Assembly (NCBI GenBank): GCA_964359155.1
Contig: CAYHRN010000002.1
Span: 1-33,210, forward strand
Direction: 5' to 3'
Length of the DNA: 33,210 bases
DNA from: an uncultured Gammaproteobacteria bacterium
GTDB taxonomy: Bacteria > Patescibacteriota > Patescibacteriia > CAYHRN01
Positions 1 to 7,723 of the stretch are shown piece after piece. Positions within the stretch are counted from its first letter, which is position 1. Each line of letters begins with the position of its first letter. The notes under the pieces were generated by a model. The model did not search any database, was not told where the DNA came from, and saw only the letters and a program-made list of their open reading frames with translations. The position numbers and the translations under genes are program-made.

Positions 1-277
1 TTTTCATATGGGACACTCTAACACAGAGTGTCCTAATTCATTACGGAATGAACGTTTGAGGTGCAGTACCTATTTGTTGTAAGTATATTACAACATTTAA
101 TCCATGTCAATAGCCTATAAGCTATATTAAATGCTTGCTTAAGTAGCCATATACGTTTTTTACGTATCTTTTTGTAATTCTTAATTTACATATATAGCAG
201 TTTGTGTGAGAATGTGTATGTAGTGGTTGTTGGAAACAAGTTTGACTTTGTTCTTTTACATTACAGGGGAGGAAGCT

Positions 278-859
278 GTGGAGACAAAAGAAGTGCTGCG
301 CCTTGTAAAGCTCTTCTTCGTGAAGGAAAACTGGGGCAACGGAAATCGCTATGTTGTCAACGACACGCTGGCGCTGAAGTTCAGTGGCGACCAAGAAGCG
401 GCACGCTTTCTCGTGAAGGTAATCCGCTTCTGGTGCGACAAGCAAACGATCTTCTGTTTTGATTACAGAACAAAGCAGGAAAATGGAAAGTCGGTCCTTC
501 TGCTGGAGAATGAGTGGACTTTTTCTCTCTGCTCCAATGGGGAGATGGGAACTTCCTGCTGGCGGACAAGCAGAATCCTTGACAAAATCTTCGAGGACGG
601 CAAGAAGTTCGTGGCGCTGCCCTTTGTTGGGTACTCGTCTACGCTCCGATTCAACCTCCTGAAGGACTTCGCGAAGAACGGACGCGACAGCGTCCTGCGT
701 CTGATAAAAAAGGAGGCGCGGAAACGGGAGGTTGCAGACAGGAAGGCTGAAAGGAAGATTGCGATCCAGGAGGCCACAGGGCAATATTGCGAGGCTGCGC
801 GTGCTTTGCGAAAGTGCGGCGTAAACCCGGCCCGCATCAAAGTCTCGGATTCCCAGTAG
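278..859 (+). CDS. hypothetical protein, orphan, GC3-rich (about 193 aa from GTG 278; ORF track calls TTG 227)
   Basis: Most coherent frame in 227-859. GTG at 278 lies 5 nt after GGGGAGGA. Codons are mostly G/C-ending (CTG, AAG, TTC, GTC), unlike neighbours. Lys/Arg/Glu-rich helical C-terminus; no motif recognised. Confidence 0.55.
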   Translation: METKEVLRLVKLFFVKENWGNGNRYVVNDTLALKFSGDQEAARFLVKVIRFWCDKQTIFCFDYRTKQENGKSVLLLENEWTFSLCSNGEMGTSCWRTSRILDKIFEDGKKFVALPFVGYSSTLRFNLLKDFAKNGRDSVLRLIKKEARKREVADRKAERKIAIQEATGQYCEAARALRKCGVNPARIKVSDSQ

Positions 860-968
860 CGCCCCGACCCGAGCACGTCGCAGAACCGCTCCTCCCAGAT
901 TCGCAGCTCCGCCACGTCGGAGTTGAAAAAATAACGGTCTTCAGTTGCCTACCTTCAAACGGCAACGC

Positions 969-1001
969 AAAAGGACAGATGCACTTCATCTGTCCTTTTT
1001 T
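969..1001. terminator. bidirectional intrinsic terminator between convergent ORF 278-859 and hicA
   Basis: AAAAGGACAGATG-cactt-CATCTGTCCTTTTTT: 9-bp stem (973-981 / 987-995) flanked by A4 and T6. It lies 7 nt from the hicA stop. Confidence 0.75.
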
Positions 1002-1007
1002 CTTGTG

Positions 1008-1220
1008 CTAACTAGAAAGAAAACTTTTTACATCTTCAGGGGTAATATCGGCGTCTTTGAGTATGCCGTGCAAAAGCCCCTTACCGAAAGTTTTTCCTCC
1101 ATGTACCGGCACCGAGACAATATGCCCATCACGTGCACGCCAGAAAATATGATGGCTTCCTTCAATACGATCAAGCACAAAACCTGCGTGCTGCAGCACG
1201 CGAAATAACTTAACGTGCAT
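1008..1220 (-). CDS. hicA: type II toxin-antitoxin system HicA-family mRNA interferase toxin
   Basis: 70 aa with ..FVLDRIEGSHHIF..VSVPVHGGKTFGKGLLHGILKDA.., the typical HicA/YcfA signature. Start overlaps the hicB stop. Confidence 0.85.
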   Translation of the reverse strand: MHVKLFRVLQHAGFVLDRIEGSHHIFWRARDGHIVSVPVHGGKTFGKGLLHGILKDADITPEDVKSFLSS

Positions 1221-1498
1221 TAAGCACGGGAAGACGCGGCATAAAGCGGCATCATGGAAACCTCTATGGTTTCAATCATTTCAATACTGGTATCATGGGG
1301 AATGGGTTCTTGATGCGCTTGCAGGGTTTTTATATAGCCGTAGATCGCCTCACGAAGATTCTTCTGTGCTTCGGCAATGGTGGTGCCCTGGCTATGGCAC
1401 CCACGCAATGCAGGAACATACCCATGAAATCCTTTGCCATCTTTTTCAATAAGGATGCGGTAGGAGAACATTTGTTCTGAATGTATTTTTTTTGCCAT
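1220..1498 (-). CDS. hicB: HicB-family (UPF0150) antitoxin
   Basis: 92 aa with ..YRILIEKDGKGFHGYVPALRGCHSQGTTIAEAQKNLREAI.., the HicB N-terminal fold signature. Translationally coupled to hicA. Confidence 0.8.
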   Translation of the reverse strand: MAKKIHSEQMFSYRILIEKDGKGFHGYVPALRGCHSQGTTIAEAQKNLREAIYGYIKTLQAHQEPIPHDTSIEMIETIEVSMMPLYAASSRA

Positions 1499-1577
1499 AT
1501 AGGGGGGTATTCGTTTATTAACTGTACTCTGGAAATGGCCTTCTCGTCAAGCCATTTTTTCGATGAATTAACCTGGA

Positions 1578-1595
1578 TTCCCACTTTCGCGGGAA
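1578..1595 (-). repeat. GC-rich stem-loop with GNRA tetraloop 10 nt downstream of the dnaN stop (REP-like element)
   Basis: Minus-strand RNA reads UUCCCGC-GAAA-GUGGGAA (7 bp including one G-U). No U-run follows, so it is not a canonical terminator. Confidence 0.45.
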
Positions 1596-1605
1596 TGACA
1601 AATCT

Positions 1606-2724
1606 TTATTGTTTTATCGGCATCACAAGGTACAGGTAATCGTTCTTGCCGGCAACACGAAGGATGGCCGGGGCATTGCCATCAATGGCGCCAAGGGTGA
1701 TGGCGTCCCCTTGCAGCACCGAAAGGCCATCCAGCAAATATTGGTGATTAAACACCGCAGTAAGGGCTTGGCCAGTAATTTCGGCAGCAGCGGTTGATGC
1801 CCCCTCCCCCACCGCATCACTTTGGGCTTTTACTTCAATTGCCCCTGCTGAAGGGTCTAAAGAAAACGCCACTTCATGTAAGCCAGAAGAAGAAAACAAA
1901 CTAATACTTTTCACGGTGCGCACAAGTGCCGCACGGCTTATGTTGGCATTGGTGGGGAATGCAGAGGGAATAATTTGCTGATACTCGGGGTATTTCCCTT
2001 CGGTAAGGCGGCTTACCACTTCTACCCCTGCACAAGTAAATAATACTTGATTTTCTTCTACCGTAAGCGCAACTTCAGACGCGTCTTCTGGTTTGAGGGA
2101 ATTGACCACACGCCCTACCTCTTCCAGTGTGGCGCGAGGTATCACCACACTAAATTCTTTAGGGGTATTGGTGGCAAGATTTATTTTAAGCTCGGCCAAA
2201 CGATAACTGTCAGTGGCAGCCACGGTAAGTTGCCCCGAAGCCTCCAGCTTCATATACACCCCCTGTAATTCTTGCCGAGGGTCATTCTTGGCTGCGGCAA
2301 ATAATACCTTTGTGCAAATTTGCTCCATTGCCTCACGAGGCAAGAGCACTGAAACCGGTGCTGCTACTTTAGGAATTAAGGGGTATTCATCAGCATTTAT
2401 ACCTTTTACCATGCCCTTAAAGTGATCAGAGGTAATATGAAGCTTTTCCCCACTCAATACACAATCTACTTTTTCTCCTTGGAGGGAAGCAATAATATCG
2501 AGTAGTAATTTAGCAGGAAGAGTAAATACGCCTTCTTCTTCTACCTTGGCACGTAAGCTCACAGAAATAGCCAATTCAAGATTAGTACTAGTAAGAGTAA
2601 TGCCTCCTGTTGCAGCTTTGAGTAAAATATTACTTAAAATAGGTAAATGTACAGCCTTACGCGCTACAGGAGTTACCATGCTTAATCCTTGATGCAGTGT
2701 TGTTTGTAAACAGGTGAATTTCAT
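1606..2724 (-). CDS. dnaN: DNA polymerase III beta sliding clamp
   Basis: Full-length DnaN-like protein directly downstream of dnaA. The ORF track starts at GTG 2733, but ATG at 2724 gives the typical MKFTC.. N-terminus. Confidence 0.95.
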   Translation of the reverse strand: MKFTCLQTTLHQGLSMVTPVARKAVHLPILSNILLKAATGGITLTSTNLELAISVSLRAKVEEEGVFTLPAKLLLDIIASLQGEKVDCVLSGEKLHITSDHFKGMVKGINADEYPLIPKVAAPVSVLLPREAMEQICTKVLFAAAKNDPRQELQGVYMKLEASGQLTVAATDSYRLAELKINLATNTPKEFSVVIPRATLEEVGRVVNSLKPEDASEVALTVEENQVLFTCAGVEVVSRLTEGKYPEYQQIIPSAFPTNANISRAALVRTVKSISLFSSSGLHEVAFSLDPSAGAIEVKAQSDAVGEGASTAAAEITGQALTAVFNHQYLLDGLSVLQGDAITLGAIDGNAPAILRVAGKNDYLYLVMPIKQ

Positions 2725-2805
2725 ATTATGCACAAGCTTATTAATTTATAAAGATTATTTAATAAAGATAGTAGTAGAGGGGAGGTGGTGGAAAAGGGTG
2801 GACAA

Positions 2806-2843
2806 AGGTAACTAGGTAATTGGGGAACCAGGTAACTAGGTAA
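2806..2843. repeat. two identical 14-bp direct repeats AGGTAACTAGGTAA (2806-2819, 2830-2843) in the dnaA-dnaN spacer
   Basis: Read directly. 24-bp phasing, each unit containing GGTAA twice. Flanked by GGTGGACA at 2797-2804 and 2872-2879 (degenerate DnaA-box-like). Confidence 0.6.
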
Positions 2844-2884
2844 AAATACTGTGAAAGAAGTCTGGAACATTGGTGGACACTATG

Positions 2885-4258
2885 TTAAGCAAGGTCGAAT
2901 ACTTTTTGTTTAATCACTTCAATTTCCCCACGTATGGCATCATTCATCCGCAATTGTTCCTCAATCTTTCCGCATGCATACATTACGGTAGTATGGTCAC
3001 GCCGTCCAAGCTCGGCGCCGATGGTATCATACGACATATGTAAACAATCCCGCAGTAAAAACATAGCAACTTGTCGCGGAAATACCATTTTACGTGTTTT
3101 TTGAGGGCCTCGGATCTCGTCGAGCGAAAGATTAAAATGATGCAGCACCGTGTCCATGATTTTTTTTGCCGATGTTTTGGTCATGCGGGTGGGCGCAAGA
3201 GTAAGAAGTATTTTTTCTACCGTGTCTTGGGTGGGTGGCACGCGGTAAAATTCATGATAGGCAATAATTTTATTTAAGGCACCCTCCAGTTCACGGATAT
3301 TTTCACGTACCGTATTGGCAATGCGGGAAAGCAAGGCATTGTCCAACTGCACGCCCTTTTCTTTGCACTTGGCAGTTAAAATGGCCATACGTGTTTCGTA
3401 GTCTGGTGCACTTACATCGGCTACCATACCACTTTCAAAACGTGAGATAAGCCTGTTTTCGAGTGCAGGGATAAGGCGCGGTAAACGGTCAGAGGCAATA
3501 ACGAGCTGGCGATTGGTTTCTACGAGTGCATTGTAGGTGTGGAAAAATTCTTCTTGCGTGCCTTCTTTGCCCGAGAAAAATTGAATGTCGTCAATTAAAA
3601 GTGCATGAGGCGCTCGGAAGATTTTTCTAAAATCTTCAATAGAATTGGTGCGCACCGCAGCCACAAATTGATTCGTAAACGATTCCGAGGTGGTATACAA
3701 CACCTTTTTGCCCTGATTGCGAAGCGCAAGCCCAATGGCTTGCAAAATATGAGTTTTCCCCAACCCCACGCCCCCATACATAAAAAATGGATTGTATTTG
3801 GTGCCCGGTTGCTCGGCCACTACCCGTGCGGCCGCATGTGCTAGTTCATTGTGTTTGCCTACCACAAAGTTTTCAAAGGTATACCGTGGATTAAGGCTGG
3901 GCTCGGCAAGCTTTACTTCTTGTGAAGGTTTTGCATTGGTGAAGATAGGTGCTTGGGGAGCTGTAACACTAGGAGTTATGTTGCTGGATGCAGAGGGCGT
4001 GCCTTTTATATTGGCAGAGAGAATATATGAGGCCGATAGTATCTGCCCCTGGGTAAGCTGGGTAAGAGTTTTGACAATATCATTATGATATTTTTTTTCT
4101 ACCCATTGTTGGATAAAGCTTGAAGGAACACCAATAATGGCCTTATCGCCTTCTAGGCGTAATAATGAAGTATGGCGCAGCCATGTAGAAAAATTTGCCT
4201 TACTTAGGCTGATTTCCATTTCCCCCAGTACTGCCTGCCAAAGCTGCTCTTGATTCAT
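2885..4258 (-). CDS. dnaA: chromosomal replication initiator protein DnaA
   Basis: 457 aa with Walker A GGVGLGKTH, AAA+ core and C-terminal DNA-binding helix (..DHTTVMYA..). Confidence 0.97.
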   Translation of the reverse strand: MNQEQLWQAVLGEMEISLSKANFSTWLRHTSLLRLEGDKAIIGVPSSFIQQWVEKKYHNDIVKTLTQLTQGQILSASYILSANIKGTPSASSNITPSVTAPQAPIFTNAKPSQEVKLAEPSLNPRYTFENFVVGKHNELAHAAARVVAEQPGTKYNPFFMYGGVGLGKTHILQAIGLALRNQGKKVLYTTSESFTNQFVAAVRTNSIEDFRKIFRAPHALLIDDIQFFSGKEGTQEEFFHTYNALVETNRQLVIASDRLPRLIPALENRLISRFESGMVADVSAPDYETRMAILTAKCKEKGVQLDNALLSRIANTVRENIRELEGALNKIIAYHEFYRVPPTQDTVEKILLTLAPTRMTKTSAKKIMDTVLHHFNLSLDEIRGPQKTRKMVFPRQVAMFLLRDCLHMSYDTIGAELGRRDHTTVMYACGKIEEQLRMNDAIRGEIEVIKQKVFDLA

Positions 4259-4323
4259 ATTTGCGTTTCTTCTAGTAGTATACTATATTATCAAATAAGC
4301 AAATATGAGGAAGAGGTACCAAA

Positions 4324-4353
4324 TGTGGATAACTTGTGGATAATAGTGGACAG
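4324..4353. promoter_or_regulatory. DnaA-box cluster (dnaA promoter / oriC candidate)
   Basis: Two perfect consensus boxes TGTGGATAA (4324-4332, 4335-4343; reverse complement TTATCCACA) plus TAGTGGACA (4344-4352). An AT-rich stretch at 4270-4310 lies next to them. Confidence 0.8.
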
Positions 4354-4365
4354 TTATAAAAAATT

Positions 4366-4620
4366 ATGCCCATAAAGCACGCAGGATTTTACGCACTAAG
4401 AAAAGCAAAAAAGAATGCATTACGCAATTCTAGGGTAATTGGGGGGCTTAAGCGTCTAGAAAAAAAAGTCAGAGCCGTGAAGGTAACTGAAATGGGCAAG
4501 GATACGATCTCCATGATTTCTCAAGCTTTTGACAAAGCGGTACATGCAGGCGCTATTCATGTGAACAAGGCGCGGCGAAAAAAATCCCGCCTTATGAAGG
4601 CTTTGCTGGTGAAGAAATAA
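4366..4620 (+). CDS. rpsT: 30S ribosomal protein S20
   Basis: 84 aa, basic, with ..KKNALRNSRV..FDKAVHAGAIHVNKARRKKSRL.. typical of S20. Confidence 0.9.
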   Translation: MPIKHAGFYALRKAKKNALRNSRVIGGLKRLEKKVRAVKVTEMGKDTISMISQAFDKAVHAGAIHVNKARRKKSRLMKALLVKK

Positions 4621-5614
4621 TAGTACTTACAAAAAGATCCAAAAATACGCGTGGGCTTCCCACGCGTATTGATTTTAATGCCATGTCAGTACGCACAAGC
4701 CTGGTGATACTGCCGCAAAGTTCTTCATGGCTAAAAAGGCGCAGGCGAGGTAATAGTTTTTGCACCACATAGGGATGAAGCCCCAGCTTCTTGGCCATGA
4801 CCTCTTTTGAGGTGTCAGGGTGCTCTTGTTGATACGCAGTAAGCTGCAAAAGATTCCTGAACAATCCCATCATAAGCCCCACGGTGGCGATTTCTTCTGC
4901 GCCTGCATCAAGATGTTGGTGAAGAATAATGAGCGCCTTGGCGGTATCGCGCGCAGCAAGTGCATCAAGTAAAGGGAATAACTGTTCTTGCGCTTCTGCC
5001 GCAGGGACTAGGAGCACTACTGCTTCTGGAGTAATAACAGGTACATGAGCGTTGGTACGCTCAGTACCTCCTCGCCTTCGCTCGTCGGCTTGCACCCATG
5101 CAGTCAGTTTTTCAAGTTCTCCTGCCATACGCCATAAGTCAGGCCCCACAAGCTCTTGCAACAAAGTATTAGCAGGAGCAGAAATAGTAAGGCCGCGCTC
5201 TGCACACCATGCACTAATCCAGGCATCCAATGCCTGGGGAGTAAGAAGCTTAAATTCTTGTGCATACTCGGTGGTGGTAAGCGCCTTAAGGATGGGGTCA
5301 GTTTTTTCGGGGAGCGCCTCGTCCCAGAGAATCACAATGTCCCCCTCCTTACTTTTACCCACAAGGGTGCGCAGCATCCCAAGAATTTTTTTATGTTGGA
5401 TTGCGGCAACATATTCTATTACCACCATGCGGCGGCGTGCTAATAGCGCTGGCGTAGCCAGCGCTTGCGAGATTTCTTCAGGGCGTGCAGTTTTGGCATT
5501 CAAGCTCACCAAGTTGTAGGCAGCATGAGGTACCTCGGCAAGGTATTTTGCTTTCAATCGGGAAAGTTTTTCGCGCGAACGCCACGTATCAGGACCATAA
5601 AGTACAATAAGCAT
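4592..5614 (-). CDS. holA: DNA polymerase III delta subunit
   Basis: 340 aa with N-terminal MLIVLYGPD.. and overall HolA-like layout. The 3' end overlaps rpsT by 29 nt (convergent). Confidence 0.8.
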   Translation of the reverse strand: MLIVLYGPDTWRSREKLSRLKAKYLAEVPHAAYNLVSLNAKTARPEEISQALATPALLARRRMVVIEYVAAIQHKKILGMLRTLVGKSKEGDIVILWDEALPEKTDPILKALTTTEYAQEFKLLTPQALDAWISAWCAERGLTISAPANTLLQELVGPDLWRMAGELEKLTAWVQADERRRGGTERTNAHVPVITPEAVVLLVPAAEAQEQLFPLLDALAARDTAKALIILHQHLDAGAEEIATVGLMMGLFRNLLQLTAYQQEHPDTSKEVMAKKLGLHPYVVQKLLPRLRLFSHEELCGSITRLVRTDMALKSIRVGSPRVFLDLFVSTIISSPAKPS

Positions 5615-5624
5615 AGGGTGGATT

Positions 5625-5653
5625 TTGACAGCTCTGCCTAGTGAGCGTACGAT
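5625..5653 (+). promoter_or_regulatory. sigma70-type promoter candidate for the bactofilin gene
   Basis: TTGACA (5625-5630), 17 nt spacer, TACGAT (5648-5653). Confidence 0.45.
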
Positions 5654-5692
5654 ATTAAGCAGTTAACTACTAATGCTACTTGTATAGTATCT

Positions 5693-6106
5693 ATGTTTGC
5701 CAATCCAGACAAGGTGAATGGTGTGGATACGTTATTAGGCCCTTCCATGAAAGCGGAGGGCACACTGGCTTCTGCAGGGAATATTGTGGTGGAGGGAATA
5801 TTTTCTGGCACGCTGCAAAGCGAGCAAGACATTATGATAGGCAAGAATGCCAAAGTCACGGCATCCGTACACGCACGGAATGTGAAAGTGGCGGGGGAAG
5901 TGAAAGGCGACGTACATGCTATGGAAAAGCTTGAGCTTGAAGTCACGGCGCGAATTACGGGTGACATTGAAGCCAAGTCGGTACGTATTGCCGAAGGGGC
6001 GCTGTTGCAGGGGAAATGTACCATGATGGGAAGCACCAAAGAGTCGCCAACCATAGAATCTCGTAAACTTGCTGCCAAGCGAATTGTGGGAACTGAAGGA
6101 ATTTAA
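5693..6106 (+). CDS. bactofilin (polymer-forming cytoskeletal protein, DUF583)
   Basis: 137 aa with repetitive beta-helix pattern ..GTLASAGNIVVEGIFSGTL..IGKNAKVTASVHARNVKVAGEVKGDV..ITGDIEAKSVRIAEGALLQG.. Confidence 0.85.
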   Translation: MFANPDKVNGVDTLLGPSMKAEGTLASAGNIVVEGIFSGTLQSEQDIMIGKNAKVTASVHARNVKVAGEVKGDVHAMEKLELEVTARITGDIEAKSVRIAEGALLQGKCTMMGSTKESPTIESRKLAAKRIVGTEGI

Positions 6107-6109
6107 CCA

Positions 6110-6889
6110 ATGTATTCCTACCTATACGATATTTTCTTGCAAGAGGGGCAGCATGATCGAACTCTTGCCGAGCTTGAAAGCCGTCTTGCGCATTTGCATC
6201 TGCAAGGTGCTATTACACGACTTTCGGTGTTGAAGGCCATGTACATGGAGATGTGGCTTAAAGACGAATTTCGGCGCGGCGTAAAAACTTTTATTGCAGT
6301 AGGTAACGATCATACCTTACATCGCCTTATGTGTCTTACCCAGGGGTACCCGGTGACCCTGGGTATTATTCCGATAGGTAAGGAAAATACCATGGCGCGT
6401 GTGCTTGGTGTGCCCTCTGGCGAGGAAGCGTGCCATACGCTTTCGCGGCGGTTCATCCACACTATCCCCTTAGCACGAGTCAATGATAAATATTTTTTAA
6501 CTCACTGTAGCATGCCGCTGCCTAAAGGGAGCACGCTGCAATGCGATACCGCGTGGCGGCTGCAGAATGCTGCTAAGGGAGTTCTTTCATGCTCCCATGT
6601 GGGGCCCACAATGCCAGGGTGCATTACGGCACGTGTTACCAGTAAGGCGTGGTTTCAAAAAGAAGAGCAAAGTCAATTTTTTGCGCACAGCGTGAGTTTT
6701 CAGAATATTCGTGAGGTCCCTGTGCGCTATGATGGTGAAGAACTGCATGCCTCAACAATTCGCATTGAGGCAACGCCCTTTACTGCGCGAGTGATTGTGG
6801 GGGCTTCTTTTGTAATGCCACATACTGCTGGGCCATTGCCAGCAGTGTCATCACTATCCAATACAGCGCAAGGCCTGCAGGTAAGGTAG
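6110..6889 (+). CDS. diacylglycerol/lipid kinase catalytic-domain-like protein with degenerate nucleotide-binding motif
   Basis: ..FIAVGNDHTLHRL.. and ..LGIIPIGKENTMARVLGVP.. align with the DAGK GGDGT and IPxGTxN motifs. The GGDGT position reads GNDHT (6302-6316). The last 110 nt overlap the yidC 3' end. Confidence 0.55.
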   Translation: MYSYLYDIFLQEGQHDRTLAELESRLAHLHLQGAITRLSVLKAMYMEMWLKDEFRRGVKTFIAVGNDHTLHRLMCLTQGYPVTLGIIPIGKENTMARVLGVPSGEEACHTLSRRFIHTIPLARVNDKYFLTHCSMPLPKGSTLQCDTAWRLQNAAKGVLSCSHVGPTMPGCITARVTSKAWFQKEEQSQFFAHSVSFQNIREVPVRYDGEELHASTIRIEATPFTARVIVGASFVMPHTAGPLPAVSSLSNTAQGLQVR

Positions 6890-7505
6890 CGCCAATAATT
6901 ACCGTGAAGGCGGGCATAAGGTAAAGCATATTGCGGTTTAATGCTGCTGCTGTTTTTTCATCAGCACTGCCTGGAACCCCTTGCGGAGGTGGCGACATGG
7001 GCATCAAGCGCGCTTGAAAAAATTGTGCTGCGCCCGCGAGCACGGCAAGAGGAATACTAGGGCGAGAAAGATCTATCAAGGAGAGGAAGAGGGGTGAAAG
7101 GTGTTCAGGATTAGGAATGAATGAGTACAGTGGCGGCAGAGCCTTGGTGCTATCCAGGCTTGTGCGAAATACTTCGTACAGGGCAATTAAAAACGGTAGT
7201 TGCACAAGCACGGGCAGGCACGAAGATAGGGGGTTGATCTTTTCTTTTTTATACAAGGCCATCAGCTGTTTTGAAAGCTCCTCCTTGTTGTTTTTAAATT
7301 GTGTTTGAATCCTTTTTACTTCGGGCTGTAAGGCTTGCATGGCTTTTTGCGAACGATACGTTTTGGCATTTAAGGGCCACAGCAATAAGCGAAGCAAAAG
7401 GGTAAGTATAATAATACTCACCCCAACGTCCGGGATGACATTATATAAAAATACTAGAAAGTTTAGCAGTGGATCAAAAAGGACAAGGTGAAAAAGTGCA
7501 CTCAT
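6780..7505 (-). CDS. yidC: membrane protein insertase YidC (short form)
   Basis: 241 aa with ..LLLRLLLWPLN..SQKAMQALQPE..I..KY..NPLSSCLPVLVQLPFLIALY.. signature, in the yidD-rnpA-rpmH context. Confidence 0.92.
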   Translation of the reverse strand: MSALFHLVLFDPLLNFLVFLYNVIPDVGVSIIILTLLLRLLLWPLNAKTYRSQKAMQALQPEVKRIQTQFKNNKEELSKQLMALYKKEKINPLSSCLPVLVQLPFLIALYEVFRTSLDSTKALPPLYSFIPNPEHLSPLFLSLIDLSRPSIPLAVLAGAAQFFQARLMPMSPPPQGVPGSADEKTAAALNRNMLYLMPAFTVIIGATLPAGLALYWIVMTLLAMAQQYVALQKKPPQSLAQ

Positions 7506-7723
7506 AAGGTAATGGGTGAAAACGGATTACAATGAAGTATTCTTTTTACAATGGAAAATAAGGCCTGAGGGAGGCTATCTTTTTGTAATGCCGTAATGGC
7601 ATAGCTGGAACAGCTGGGGAAATGCCGACAAAACCCATATGGATAGCGCGCACGGAATAAGCCATGGTCCGGGCTTAAGGTGCGCTGATACATACGAAGG
7701 AGAAAAATAAAAATTTGTTTCAT
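7502..7723 (-). CDS. yidD: membrane protein insertion efficiency factor YidD
   Basis: 73 aa with ..YQRTLSP..CRHFPSCSSYA.. motif. Overlaps both neighbours by 4 nt. Confidence 0.9.
   Translation of the reverse strand: MKQIFIFLLRMYQRTLSPDHGLFRARYPYGFCRHFPSCSSYAITALQKDSLPQALFSIVKRILHCNPFSPITL

Noticed and set aside
1-9. Possible minus-strand gene start (ATG at 7-5) leaving the window, with the palindrome at 11-33 just upstream.
   Set aside because: Only 7 nt are visible, so it cannot be supported from this window.
122-915. Minus-strand ORFs 122-784 (220 aa) and 463-915 (150 aa), opposite the GC3-rich orphan ORF.
   Set aside because: They share third-codon positions with the plus frame, so GC3 cannot tell them apart. 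However, their products are Arg/Ser/Phe-rich junk-like sequence and have no SD, whereas the plus frame has GGGGAGGA-GTG. The first about 30 codons of 463-915 (MAELRIWEERFCDVLGSGR..) look protein-like, so a decayed minus-strand fragment at 830-915 cannot be fully excluded.
4354-5695. Leaderless mRNAs for rpsT (TATAAA 5 nt before ATG) and bactofilin (TATAGT 4 nt before ATG).
   Set aside because: AT-rich upstream DNA gives -10-like hexamers by chance. Neither has a well-spaced -35, and bactofilin has a near-consensus TTGACA-17-TACGAT promoter further upstream. Only thrS has a properly spaced pair.
5638-6078. 146-aa minus ORF antisense to the bactofilin gene, and similar antisense ORFs at 20694-21233 and 23681-24154.
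   Set aside because: Each is contained in a gene with clear family motifs on the other strand, and none has an independent signal.
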